Assembly (NCBI RefSeq): GCF_026210795.1
Contig: NC_089430.1
Location: 4,960,001-5,024,000, forward strand
Direction of reading: 5' to 3'
DNA from: Rhizophagus irregularis
Taxonomy: Eukaryota
DNA length: 64,000 nt
Shown here: positions 49,449-63,453 of the stretch, piece by piece
Layout: each line of letters starts with the position of its first letter
Position numbering within the stretch: position 1 is the first letter of the stretch
The notes under the pieces: generated by a model
What the model was told of the DNA's origin: nothing
Seen by the model: only the letters and a program-made list of their open reading frames with translations
The model's database searches: none
Made by a program: the position numbers and the translations under genes

Positions 49449-52400
49449 ATGGATTCTTTTGGGGTAATTAAGCCATCAGATGCTAGCCAGATATGTAAAA
49501 AATGTAATTGCATATGTTACGCAATGCGATTTCAGCAAAATTTCAAAAATTGGACCAGTGATAATGATAATATTGATAAATTTATTCAAGATATTCAGTT
49601 ATCATATCATGGAAATGCAAAAGAGGCATTAGAATGGATACCTCATGATAGATTGTATAATATTAAATATATTACAAAAGATGAATTGGGTGAAATTTAT
49701 AGAGCAAATTGGATTGATGGAAAAATAGGAATTTATGCTTATTGTGAAGGTAAAAAAAGCTGGGATAATAAAAATCAAAATTGGAGAAGACAACAATGTA
49801 ATATGTTTGTGAATTTGAAGAGTTTAAATACTCCAAACATTCTTACATTAGAATTTGTAAATAAGGTATAAGCTTCAGTTAATTACCTAACAAAATTATA
49901 AATATTTTATTTTCTAATATATTATTACATTTGTAGATTAAAATTGAGCATAAATTTTATGGAATAACTCAGGATCCAGAAACAAAAAATTATATGATGG
50001 TTTTGAATAATATATGTAAAAAATGTAATAAAATATGTAATTCAATTCACTTTCAACATAAATTTATAGATTGGACTAGTGATAATAATGATATTGATAA
50101 ATTTATTCAAGATACTCAACTATCAACTCATGGTAATATAGAGAAAGCATTAGAATGGGTATCTTATGATAGATTTCATGATATTAAATATATTGCAAAA
50201 AATGAGTTTGATAATATTTTAGTATATAGAGCAAATTGGATTGATGGAGATATAATATCCTGGGATAGTGAAAATCAAAATTGGAAAAGAACAAGATGTA
50301 ATATGATTGTGAATTTGAAGAGTTTAAATACTCCAAACAATCTTACATTAGAATTTGTAAAAAAGGTATATGCTTCAAGTTAGGTTACAGTACAATTTAC
50401 AGACATCCATTTCACCAATATGAAATTAACTGATGTCATTTTTGCCGACTTCCATTTTACTGATGTGAAAATTTACCTACTCCATTTACCGAAATGTAAA
50501 AGAGTTCAACAAGCTGATTACATAATGCAGATTTACATAACACCAATGTAATTGTTCCTTTGTAATCTTTCTATTTTTTTTCAAATAGTACGGTTAGAAT
50601 TTAGAAACAAAAAAATTTATATCATTGATTGCTTCCTTATTAATACTGTAAAATGAATCAAAGGCAAAATTTCATGGTAGTCAATACTATATCTTGGCAA
50701 AATAGGATTTGTTAAAATGATTTTAGAAAAATGTGATGTCAGTGAAATGGCAAGTAAGCAAAATGACGTTGATAAATTTTATGTTGGTAAAACATGTGTT
50801 CAGTAAAATGGGTGAATACGCTTCAGTTTTTATTTAACAAATTTTAAATAATACATTTTACTAACATATTGTTACATTTATAGTTTTTAAAAACTGAACA
50901 CAAATTTTACGGAATTACTCAAGATCCGGAAACAAAAATTTATATGATGGTCGTGAATAATAAATGTAATAAATGTTATTATAATTTATGCAATTCAATA
51001 CACTTTCAACGAAATTTTGAATATTGGACAAGTGGTAATAATAATATTGATAAACTTATTCAAGAAACCCAACTATCAGTTCATTGGAATGTAGACATAG
51101 CATTAGAATGGATACCTTGTGATAAATTGTACAATATTAAATATATTACAAAAGATGAATTGGGTGAAATTTATAGAGCAAATTGGACTGATGGAAATAT
51201 AAAATTAAATTCTTATTTGGTGGATCAAGAAAGTTGGGATCATAAAAATCAAAATTGGAGAAGACAACAATGTAATATGTTTGTGAATTTGAAGAGTTTA
51301 AATACTCCAAACATTCTTACATTGGAATTTGTAAATAAGGTATAAGCATCAATTAATTACTTAACAAAACTATAAGTATTTTATTTCTAATATATCATTA
51401 CATTTGTAGATTAAAATTGAGCATGTGTTTTATGGAATAACTTGGAATCCAGAAACAAAAAATTATATGATAGTTTTGAATAATATATGTAAAAAATGTA
51501 ATTATGTTTGTAATTCAATTTACTTTCAACATAAATTTATAGATTGGACAAGTGGTAATAATAATATCGATAAATTTATACAAGATACTCAGCTATCAAC
51601 TCATGGTAATATAGAGAAAGCATTAGAATGGGTACCTTATGATAAATTTTGTAATATTATGTATATTGCCAAAGATAATGAGTTTGGCGAAACATATGTA
51701 GCAAATTGGATTGATGGGGAAATAATTTGTTGGGATTTTAAAAATCCAAATTGGAAAAGAGAGGATCAAGATATATCTGTAATTCTGAAAAACTTGGATT
51801 ATTCAGAAAATTTTAAGTTAGAACTTATGAAAGAGGTATGATAAATTTTTTGTTTTACAAAATTTTTGATTTTTCTAATAATGCATTTTATTTGTAGATC
51901 CATAAACCTTGTGGAATCACTCAGAATCCGGAAACAAAAAATTATATGATTGTATTACATAGTAATAGATGTAATAAGTGTAATAAAATATGTAATATAA
52001 TTCACTTTAAACAGAAATTTATAGATTGGACTAGTGGCAATGATGATATTGATAAATTTATTCAGGATACCCAACTATCAGCTCATGATATTATAGAGAA
52101 AGCATTAGAATGGATACCCTATAATAGATTTTATGGTATTAAGTATATTGCAAATGATGAGTTTAACAAAGTGTACAGTGCAAATTGGATTGATGGAGAA
52201 ATAATTTGTTGGGATTATGAAAGTCAAAATTGGAAAAGAAAGGATCAAAATATATCTGTAATTTTGAAAAACTTAGATTGTTCAAAAAATATTACATCGG
52301 AACTTATGAAAAAGGTATAATAAATATATTTAATTGATCTTAATAATAAATTTTCAATTCAATATATTATTTTAACAATATATTTTATTTGAAGATTAAT

Positions 52401-55400
52401 AAACCTTGTGGAATTACTCAGGATCCGGAAACAAAGAATTATATGATTGTTTTGAATAATATATGTAAAAAATGTAATTATGCATGTAATGCATTTCACT
52501 TTCAACAGAAATTTATAGATTGGACTGGTGGCAATAAAGATATTGATAAATTTATTCAAGATGTACAGTTGTCAGCTCATATTGGTGTAGGAAAAGCATT
52601 AGAGTGGATACCTTATGATAGGTTGTATAATATTAAATATGTTGCAAAAGATGAGCTTAACAAAATGTATAGTGCTAATTGGATTGATGGGGAAATAATT
52701 TGTTGGGATAAAGACAATCAAAATTGGAAAAGAGAGGATCAAAATATATCTGTAATTCTGAAAAACCTAGATTATTCAAAAAATATTACATCAGAATTTA
52801 TGGAAGAGGTATAATATTATTAAAATATTTTTTTATTTGATTATGATATAATTATAAAATTGTTAATGAACTTTTTTTAATTATATTTTATTTATTAGTT
52901 AAAAAAACCTTGTGGAATTACTCAGAATCCAGAAAGTAAAAATTACATGATGGTTTTACATAGTAATAAATGTCAAAAGTGTAATAAAATATGTAATACA
53001 ATTCACTTTCAACAGAAATTTATAAATTGGACTAGTGGCAATAATGATATTGATAAATTTATTCAAGATACTCAACTATCAGCTCATGATAATATAGGGA
53101 AAGCATTAGAATGGGTATTCTATAATAGATTTTATGGTATTAAATGTATTGCAAATGATAAGTTTAACAAAGTGTATAGCGCATATTGGATTGATGGAGA
53201 AATAATTTGTTGGGATTATGAAAATCAAAATTGGGAAAGAGAGGATCAAAATATACCTGTAATTCTGAAAAACTTAGATTATTCAAAAAATATTACATCA
53301 GAACTTATGAAAGAGGTATAATATATTTTTTATTTGATAATATAATTATAAAATTTTTTAATTTTTGGTTAATAATATGTTTTTATATATAGATCAATAA
53401 ACCTTGTGGAATTACTTGTAATCCGGAAACAAAAAGTTATATGATGGTTTTACATGGAAATAAATGTAAAATGTGTGATAAAATATGTAATGCAATTTAC
53501 TTTCAGCAGAAATTTATAGATTGGACTAGTGGCAATGATGAAATTGATAGATTTATTCAGGATACTCAGTTATCAGCTCATGAAGATGTAAAGAAAGCAT
53601 TGGAATGGATACCTTATGATAGATTTTATGATATTGAATATATTGCAAAAGGCGGGTTTGGCAAAGTATATAGAGCAAATTTAGTTGATGGATTTATAAC
53701 TGATTGGGATAGTAAAAATCAAAATTGGAATAGGAATAGCAAAGATACATTGGTAGCTCTAAAAAGTTTGGATAATTCAAATAATATCGCATCAGAATTT
53801 ATTAATGAGGTATTATCTGATTAATTTAATTTATTATTTATGAACATAATGCTTAAATTGCTAGTTTTACTAATATATTTTATAATTTATATTCACACAG
53901 ATTATATTGCATAATAAAGTAGGAATGGAAAATTTTGTGATTGTTGGATTTTATGGGATAACACAAGATCCAGAAACGAAAAATTATATAATGGTTTTAG
54001 ATTATGCAAAAGATGGAAGTTTACGAAATTATTTAGATAAAGAATATGGTAATCTTAATTGGAATAAAAAGTTTGATTATTTACGACATATTATAACTGG
54101 ACTTGAATGTATTCATGAAAAGGAATTAAACCATCGAGATTTGCATATTGGAAATATATTAAAGCTTAAATATAAAACTGCCATAACTGATATGGGATTA
54201 TGTAAACCTGCAAATTATAATGCATTAGAAAATGCAGAAAACAGCGTATATGGTGTTTTACCTTATATAGCTCCTGAAATTTTAAGAAGACAAAATTATA
54301 CCAAAGCTGCTGATATTTACAGTTTTGGTATAATAATGTATGAATTAATTTCTGGATTGCCCCCATATTATGATTTAAAACATGATAATAATTTAGCTAT
54401 AAAAATTTGTAATGGACTTAGGCCAAGGTTTAACATTAAAGTACCACAATTAATTGTGCATTTAATTAAAAGATGCTTGGATGCCAATCCATTAAATCGA
54501 CCAATAGCAAAAGAAATAACCAATAATTTACGAAGATGGCAAAATGAATCAAACGATAAACAAATAATAGAGTTACAAGCACAAATTAAGGAAGCAGATG
54601 AAATAAACAACAATTCATTAAATAGCATTATACCTTCATCTAATTTAGGGATATCATATAACACACATGCAGAAGCTATTTATACAAGTAGATTACTCGA
54701 TTTTAATAATCTTCCAGAACCAAAAAATTCCGACGATTATTATAAACAAAATGATGATATAATAAGCAAGGAATATTCAGGTATTAATTAAATATTTTGT
54801 TAATTGTTACTTTTTAAATATAATTAGTTAATATTACACTAATAATAACTTCAATTTATTATTTATTAAATAGAATCGTTACAACTTAACTTTTCTCAAT
54901 TGAATATTAATAAGAGTGGTAAATAGTTTACTTGTGTAATGACTTTAAAAGTACCAAGTTTATTTATAAATACTAATAATAAATTATCAATTTATTAAAT
55001 AGAATCATGTCAAATCGATATTTCTCAGTTGAATATTAACGAGAATGGTAAATATTCCACTAACATCAAAAATATTTAGTTTATAAAATACTAACAAAGT
55101 TTCAATTTATTAAATAGAATCATGTCAAATCAATATTTCTCAATTGAATATTAACGATAATGGTAAATGTTCCACTTATAACATAAAAAATATTTAGTTA
55201 TTATAAAATACTATAATAACAAAGTTTCAATTTTATTAAATAGAATCATGTCAAATCAATATTTCTCAGTTAAATATTAATGAGAATGGTAAATATTACA
55301 TTTATAACTTTAAAAATATTAGTTTATAACTACTAACAATAAGTGTAATTTATTAAATAGAATCTTCTCAAATCAATGTTTTTCGATTGAATGATAATGG

Positions 55401-55576
55401 AGATAGTAAATATTAATTTCTACATAATAACTTCATGTTTTTTTTTCATTCGTAATTAATATAATCTTTTTTTTTTCTTAGGTCAAAATAGCAAATCGGG
55501 AAGTAAAAGAAAAAATTATTTCTTAAGTCAAAATAACGAATCTGAGAGTGAAAGAAAAAAAAATAGAATAGAATAA
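49449..55576 (+). CDS. TKL kinase K4 with 8 tandem N-lobe repeat exons, a catalytic exon and five 45-nt tail mini-exons; appears intact
   Basis: Eight units, last with GGFG/VALK; HRDLHIGN, DMG, APE; splice junctions checked by eye keep frame; mini-exons start at 54874, 55003, 55118, 55244, 55361. Confidence 0.88.
50378..50817. mobile_element. Degenerate MITE (Mutator-like) in intron 2 of K4
   Basis: Long imperfect inverted termini with ~15-bp internal periodicity; flanking near-duplicate atgcttca/acgcttca; paralogous introns are only ~70 bp. Confidence 0.7.
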
Positions 55577-56589
55577 AGTTATAATTATGTATATCCTTAT
55601 TTAGTTTTATGCTGCTATACCGAGTTTAATTATAAAATTATTATTTTTTTTCAAAAAAATTTGCCATTATAATTTAAAATTCTGCTTAACATCGATTTTC
55701 TTAAAATAGATTTTTTTTTTTTTGCTTTTCTATAATTACTTGAATTGCAAAAAATTTTTTTTTACATATATAAAAATTATGTTAGGTAGAATTTTAAGTC
55801 ATAATGACTTCATATTTAATTATATATATGTTTGTATTCATTAAATAAATAACGATTTAAGCTTATAAATATAAAGCGTTATAAAAGAATAAAATTTATT
55901 AGAATGAATATAATTCAGATTTTAATGCAGAAAGGATTTAAACTTAAAAATTCAGTTAATTTGTTGATATTTTACTAATGACAAACCTTCTCAGAATACT
56001 ATGATAAATCAGATAAGCATAATCTTTTTCTTTGCAATAAATCGTTAGTTAAATTTAATAATAATTATGTAATAAGATTTGTATTCTAAGCGTGAGTGGC
56101 ATATGATTAATCATCATTTATCAATAAATCAAACGATAGGTAAATTTGGTATTATTACAGCGATTTATATATTACAGTATAAGTTTTGTATGTCATAATT
56201 AATTCCGATGATATATGTACACGCTGTAAAATATTAATAATCTTTCTTTCACTTTTTAATAAGAAAATATTGAAAAACAAAAAATTTATGTGAAACTATC
56301 ATTGTACAAAGAGTTATTTTGGTAGCGCATGACCGACGCTTACTACCTATAAATCGATTTAATTAAATCAATGTCTCTGTTTTATTCTCCATTACTATTG
56401 AAAATTCTAACACCTCATTTGACTTAAAAAAGAGTTTTATGTTTACAATAATTAGTTGAGCTGCTTCTTTTTATAAATTGGAATTGTCTATTATTTATTG
56501 TCCATTTATTTATTTTTATTAAATTATTATTAAATAAAAATTTTAAAACTAATTTTTGGAGCGTGGTAAAATTATTAATTTAATCATTC

Positions 56590-57030
56590 AAGATTATAAA
56601 AATAGTAAATATTAATTTTTGAATAATAACTTTATGTTTATCAATATAATTTTATTTTCTCAGGCTAATAAGAAAAATAAATTAGAATAGGATAAAAGTA
56701 TAAATATATATTTAGCATTTGCTGCTATACCACGTCTTTTTTTCAAAGAAAAAATTGTCATTATAATTTAAATTTCTTAAAATTCTGCTTAACATTTTTA
56801 AAATCCAGGCAATTATCTAATTAATTTTTTTTTTTGCAGTTTATTCATATACTGTGTATAAAATGAAAAGTGGATAAATTGGGATTAGAATTATAAGATT
56901 TAATACTATATTCATTGATTAAATGAATAACTATATAAATTTTTAAAATATAAAACGCGTTATTAAAAGTAGTTATATAGTGAATAAAATTAAGATCTTT
57001 AATACAAAAAGAATTTATTTTTGTGAATTT
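56590..57030 (+). pseudogene. Orphan duplicate of a kinase last intron/exon and 3' UTR (copy of ~55400-55940)
   Basis: Shared atagtaaatattaattt, tgctgctatac, cattataatttaaa, aaaattctgcttaacat in the same order. Confidence 0.6.
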
Positions 57031-57839
57031 AAAAATTAACGATAATTTACGACCATAATATTTTTATATTAACATCTGATATTTACTATTTATGAGTTCT
57101 TATTATAGAACGTTTTTATTCCTATTAAAGGCGGGGATGAAGATTTAAGTTGAAAAAATCAAAAGTATTTGATAAAGAGATCAATATTTCTTTGTATGGT
57201 CTCCTTTAAATAAAATCAATAGTATTAGAACTTAGAAGCAATCTATAATAATATTTGATATAAGTAATTCATAGCAAGTATTTCGCATTAAAATTCAAAT
57301 AGTAGATCTTGGTGAATTTTTGACTATTTTAATAATCCTTTACCTAATACGATAGCTTCCAAACTACAACGGCTCACCTGGCTCACCTCGAGAAAGACCG
57401 TGAGGGGGTTATTGAGAAAATACTGAAATATTTCCACAAGTCCTTTAGGGATCACGTATGGAAGTCATGTTGTGAAAAATTAATCGAATTAGAAAGGATG
57501 TCGGGTATCAGCACGTCAGACAAAAGAACGAACATGCGTTCTTCAAATATATTAAATTTTTTATTTTCATTTTAAGTCAAAAAATATAAATAGATAAATT
57601 AAAACATGAATGTAGTTTACAATTCAATTGTAGAAAGAAAATAAAAATTAATTTTAAAAGGGCATACTTAATAAATAGAATTATAATGATAAAAAGTCCT
57701 CGAAAAATTAAAATATATATTAAAAAAGATAGAAGTTACAAATTTATAAAACTATATTTGTTGAATAGGTAACTATCTTAATAGTTCTCAATTTTTTTCT
57801 TCATTTTCAAATTCTCCATTTGAACAATTATCATATCAA

Positions 57840-59399
57840 TTACAATTTATCATCAATGTTAATAGTATTCAATTGAGCAACATCAATCCTTAAAGATTCT
57901 AATTAATAATAAATCTAATTAGTATTCATAAATTTTAAAAGATTTTTTTTTTAAAAGAATAAGTTATAATTAATACCTGAATATTCCATACTTATAATAT
58001 TATCTTTATATTCATAATAATCATCGGAATTTCTTGGTTCAGGAAGATTATTAAAATCAAGCAATCTACTCGTATAAATAGCTTCTGAATGTGTCTCATA
58101 TGATAACGCTAAACTAGTTGAAGGTAAACCATTATTTGATAAATTATTATTAATTTTTTCTGCTTCCTTAATTTGCTTTTTTAATTTTGTTTGATTTCTT
58201 CCATTAAACCACAATTGAGCTAAGATTTCTTTAATTTCTCCTGCCATTGGTCGATTTAATGGATTTGCATCCAAGCATCTTTTAATTAAATGCACAATTA
58301 TTTGAGGAACTTTAATATTAAATCTTGGTCTAAGCCCTTGGCAAATTTTTATTGCTAAATTTTCGTCATGACAAACATCATGATATGGAGGTAATCCAAC
58401 AATTAATTCATACATTATTATGCCAAAACTATAAATATCAGCAGCTTTGGTATAATTTTGACCTTGTAAGATTTCAGGGGCTATGTAAGGTAAAACACCG
58501 TATACCCTGTTTTTTGTATTTTCTGAAATAGTATCAATATAATCTGCAGGTTTACATAAACCCATATCAGTTATATAAATAATACCATCATGAAGTATAT
58601 TTCCAGCATGTAAGTCCCGATGAATTAATTTGTTACCATGAATATATTGAAGTCCACGTGCAATATCAAATAAATAATAAAATTTATCATTCCAACTTAA
58701 TTTATTATGTCTTTCATCTAAATAATTTCGTAAACTGCCGTTCTTTGCATAATCCAAAACCATCATATAATTTTTTGTTTCTGGATCTTGAGTTATTCCA
58801 TAAAGTCCAATAATATTAGCAAAAATATTATTTACCTTATTATGTAATGTAATCTACACAAAAATGATGTAAGTAAAAAAATTATACTATTTTCATAAAG
58901 TAAATTATATTTGTACCTCATTCATAAATTCTAATGAAACATTTTTTGAATTATCTAAACTTTTCAAAGCCACAACTTTACTTCCATATCTTTTCCAATT
59001 TTGAATTTTATCATCCCATGCAATTATATTACCATCAATCCAATTTGCTTGATAAACTTTGCCAAATCCACCTTTCGCAATATATTTAATATTACAAAAT
59101 CTATCATAGGGTATCCATTCTAATGTATTTTTTACTTCATAGAATGCATGTGCTAATAGTTGATTATTTTGAATAAATTTATCAATATTATCATTACCGC
59201 TAGTCCAATTTTTGAAATTTTGCTGAAAATGTTTCACTTTACACTTTTTAAGATTCATAAGGTCACATTGTTTACATATTTCATTTGATGGATTTACTTC
59301 ATTTAATTTTTCGTTAATATGTAGTGAATTAGTCGGCTTCTTTCTCAAAATATTAAGCGATTGTTTACCGTTCCTAATCTTTTTAATAAGAGAATCCAT
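57840..59399 (-). CDS. TKL kinase K5 (single N-lobe unit), appears intact
   Basis: ATG 59399; GGFG, VALK, HRDLHAGN, DMG, APE; introns near 58854-58917 and 57900-57976; tail ESLRIDVAQLN. Confidence 0.88.
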
Positions 59400-59599
59400 C
59401 GAAGTTATACGGTAATTGATTGTGCGAAATTTAAAAAACTTTCCGTAGTACATCTGTTGTGTAAATTAGGTCATTTTAATAATGATGTAACGACGTGATT
59501 ACATAAATATTACGTAAATTTGTCAAACCGTTACAAGAAACGTTTTTAAGTTTAGCGTAGTTTGAAAAAAATTTTTTACGCAAAGAATTTTATTATTAA

Positions 59600-60480
59600 T
59601 AAAATAAAATCTTTGTAGAGTTTTTTTTTTAATATAGGCAAAGGCTATCTTTGATAGAATTTTTTTCTAATAAAAAGATTTTTTTTTTATTTCGTTAGAG
59701 AATTTTTTTTATTGATTGGGAAGTTTCTTTTAATATGGAGTTTTTTTTTTGATAGATAATTTCGGTAAGGATTTTTTGATAGAAATTTCATTGGAGAATT
59801 TTTTTTAATAAGATTTTTTTTTTGACAGATAATTTGTCGGAAAAAAAATTTTTTTAACAGGAGACATTTTATTTCGAATTTTTTTTTAATAGGAGGGACT
59901 TTTACTTGATAAAAGAATTTCTTTATTAGAGATTTTTTTTATTAGGGGAGTTTGTTTTTGATAGAATTCATTAAAGAATTTTTCTTTAATATAGATAAAT
60001 TATAATTTTGTCGAAAAATTTTTTTTTTTGATAGAAATTTCATTATTGAATTTATTTTTTAATAGGTAAATATTTTTTTGATTGATCATTTTGTTAGTAA
60101 ATTTTTTTAACAGGGAGAATTTTAGAGAACCTCGGTAAAAAATTTTTTTTAATAGGAGGGGAGTTTTTTTGATAGAAATTCTATTGGTGTTTTTTGATGG
60201 AAAATTTTTGTTAGAAATTTTTTCTTTAATAAGTGATATTTTTTTTCTTGATTGAGAATTTCATTAGAGAATTGTTGGTTGAAAAGTTTTTTTATAGGGG
60301 AGTCTTTTTTTTTATGGAGAATTTCGTTTAAGTCTTATAGAAAATTTTATTGAAAATAATTTTTTTTTAATAAGGGTATTGAGAATTTTGGATTGAAATT
60401 TTTTTTTTTAATAAAGAATTTCATTAGAGATCTTTTTTTTTTATAAAAAAATTTATTGAAATTTATTGGAAAATTTTTTA
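59600..60480 (+). repeat. Degenerate T-rich tandem/low-complexity array (GATAGAAATTTC / TTTAATAGG units)
   Basis: Recurring units separated by poly-T. Confidence 0.6.
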
Positions 60481-61366
60481 TTGAATTACAATTTTAATAA
60501 ATTTATAAAATTAATTATTATTTTTTTAATGGATATTACAAATAAATTGTTTGCTAGTAAAATAAAAATGCGCATTTTATCATGGGTTTCTTAATTATCT
60601 TAATCTTATTAATCAGTTTTTTTTAAATTTTTGTTTATTTTTTTATTTTTAATAATGGACTTTTTTTATCGCTACGGCGAGGCGATATATCGCTAGTCCT
60701 CAAATGTCACGTGTTTAGACTATTATCATGTGATTGGTTTATCGCTTTATCGCTATTATTAAAATGAAAACATTTTGACTTTCGAGAGTGAGAAGTTGAA
60801 GTTGTGGGAAATACTGATCTACGAAAGTTTATTAAAAGTATAATTCACATGATTATAGTTTAATTTACATCATTACAATAAAATGATTACTTTATTTTAT
60901 TATCGAAGATAGTAGATGTTAATTACAAAGAATAGAATTATAAAATAAAACTAAAAATTGAATGATTTAACAATTTACATCCCCTACGGGACCTATCTAA
61001 GTTTGGGCACTCATACAGGCAGGAAAACTACGCTACAGCCCATAATTAAAAAAAATAAAATGAATAATAAAAAAAACGCACTGGGACCAGGAATATGACT
61101 AGTAAAAGGGGGTGGAAAAAAAGCGGGAGCTAAAAAAAAACCAAAGACACCGAGAAAAAAGAAAAATAGAATAGAAGAACGGAAAAAAAAAAATAAAACA
61201 CCTTCCTACCGAACCACCTAAATCACCTTAAACACCAATTAACTTCATTCATGGGTCCTACAAAAGAAATAAGCGCCACTGATTTCGCCTAAAAAAAAAA
61301 TGTTATGACAGTAATACAGTTAAAGCCACTTATTCTATGCTATTTAGGATTTGATTATTCACGACC

Positions 61367-62701
61367 TCACACCAAAAGGTTTAGGAGTTTTAAGAGTAAA
61401 GGACGCATGTCATCAGTCTTTTGTTGAGTGTTGGATTTGTTGCGCGAACGAGTCGAGGAACTGAGTGATTTGCCCAGATTCTTCCCTTTACTTTGTTGTG
61501 AATAAGTCTTTTTGTCCTTATTGGACTTTGGAGGAATTTTTTTTGTGGGAGGAGTTGAGATGGTCGGCTTCCAATGATGGCTAAATTCCATACATCTAAG
61601 TAGGTGTTCGTGTGTCTCAAAGTAAGCGATCAACTGATGTTTCCCATGTACCTTTAAATGAATAAAAGCACGACCCTTCAATTCATGACTCAATATATGT
61701 TCGAAGGATTGATTTTCGTGATAACTGAATGCCAACGGATTAGACTTCCAGTCTTCCGGAAGAGAAAATTTTACTTGAAAACGTTCCCGAGCCTTACGTT
61801 CTCTTAATTTCCAATGTCCAGGATACCAGCGGACAAGACCATCACCTAATTTTTGTTGCCACGTTCTCATAACGAAGTCCGTGTCTGTAGTTGGTTTGAG
61901 TATCATTTTTGTCCAAACGGACTGATACTTGTGTTGTGTCTTAAAGGATATTTCCAATACTTGGCCCCATGATTTTAGATGTTCCAGGATTGCATCATGT
62001 GACCAGGCCGCAGGTATATCGTAAATCATAATAGTTCGCACTTGACCTTTTTGCGAATTATGTATTACATTGTTATTAATAGTCATCTTAGTGATCTTGC
62101 CTTTTGTAATTTGTGATTCCGAAGATGTTACATTTTTCGGAATCTGAGAACCAATCGGCTTGGATATAGATGTAGATGATTGATCAACATTGGATGAACC
62201 TTCCTGATTTGGTTGGGACGCGGTTGTATCCGGATCTACATTGTCATCTATGTTCATGGATTCGTCGATCACAAGATTGGCGTCTGCATCATCTGATACA
62301 GGCGCTTTTTGTTTGCCGACCTTCTTCTCCTTTTTTTTTAGCTGCGCCTCAACAGCGCTTTGAACGAGTGAAGGAAGAGCATTTTGGTAACGTGAGCTTA
62401 AACTATCCAGTGTTTGTCGAGCTTTGCAGCGAGCTCCTGAGATTATCGCTTGATTTAAGGTTCTCGTAAACTGTTTAGTAACTCTTACATTATCCAGTAT
62501 AGACCGCTCTGTGACTATGTCGCCTTTTGGAACGAGTTTAGCAGTTGCAGTCTTATAAAATTCAGACTCTACATCACCACACTGTAAGTAATCAAATATT
62601 ATGTCCCCTAATAAAGAAGCGAACGAGTTGGTGAAGGAGTCGACGAACTCTTGTACGGGTATAGACTGTTGTGAAGATTTCTTTTTATTACTTTTACCCA
62701 T
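61367..62701 (-). CDS. Retroelement ORF1/Gag-like nucleic-acid-binding protein (RRM-like core, basic tail)
   Basis: Intron-less 444-aa ORF; VRTIMIYDIPAAWSHDAILEHLKSWGQVLEISF RRM-like segment; Lys/Ser-rich C-terminus; no RT ORF follows. Confidence 0.6.
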   Translation of the reverse strand: MGKSNKKKSSQQSIPVQEFVDSFTNSFASLLGDIIFDYLQCGDVESEFYKTATAKLVPKGDIVTERSILDNVRVTKQFTRTLNQAIISGARCKARQTLDSLSSRYQNALPSLVQSAVEAQLKKKEKKVGKQKAPVSDDADANLVIDESMNIDDNVDPDTTASQPNQEGSSNVDQSSTSISKPIGSQIPKNVTSSESQITKGKITKMTINNNVIHNSQKGQVRTIMIYDIPAAWSHDAILEHLKSWGQVLEISFKTQHKYQSVWTKMILKPTTDTDFVMRTWQQKLGDGLVRWYPGHWKLRERKARERFQVKFSLPEDWKSNPLAFSYHENQSFEHILSHELKGRAFIHLKVHGKHQLIAYFETHEHLLRCMEFSHHWKPTISTPPTKKIPPKSNKDKKTYSQQSKGKNLGKSLSSSTRSRNKSNTQQKTDDMRPLLLKLLNLLV

Positions 62702-62833
62702 TTCTTATATGTAAATTTTTTCTTAGTATTTTTTGAAAAAAATTTTTTTAAGAAAGAGTTTTTTATTCCAATAAAATGATTACGCAATTCCCATGACTAT
62801 TACATAATTAAACTAATCGAATCACATGACAAA

Positions 62834-63453
62834 AGCATAGCGGACATCCCTATTTTATCACAATACTGACTGATCATTTGTCGATCATTTGCCGATCATT
62901 TTTCAATTATCACATAATATAAATACCGTTGCTAAAAAAATTTACATAATAATTAATATGTTCAAATTTCACAAATAACTTAAATTTAGTTTTAATTTAT
63001 TGTGTATTAAATTTCATTAGATTTTATTAGTATTTGGCATATATTTATTCATTTTACGAAATTATTCACTAATTATGTTACTAATAAAAACCTGCATTAT
63101 GAATCAGATCACTGCATTATTTTTTTTATAGATTCTACATAATATAAAGAATATTTGTGCAAATTCTTAAGTTTCGCACTCACATATTCATCTTCGCACT
63201 TCAATTTTTGTCTGATGATCGGCAATAATTAGTGAATTACCATATACAAATAATATTTTTATGATATTATTAAAAATTGTCTAATAATTACATAATTAAA
63301 GTCATATGATAATTTAGTGTTTTTACTTAGATTTCCATTATTTTTTTGCCACAAAATTTGAAAAATATTTGTGATTTTGCAATAAGTTTTTAAAATCCGG
63401 AATTAGTGATCAGCAAATGATCGGCAAGGTGATATGAGCATGTCCGCTATGCT
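62834..63453. mobile_element. MULE-type MITE, 620 bp, perfect 14-bp TIR and 9-bp TSD
   Basis: catgacaaa|AGCATAGCGGACAT...ATGTCCGCTATGCT|catgacaaa; subterminal GATCATTTG repeats. Confidence 0.92.
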
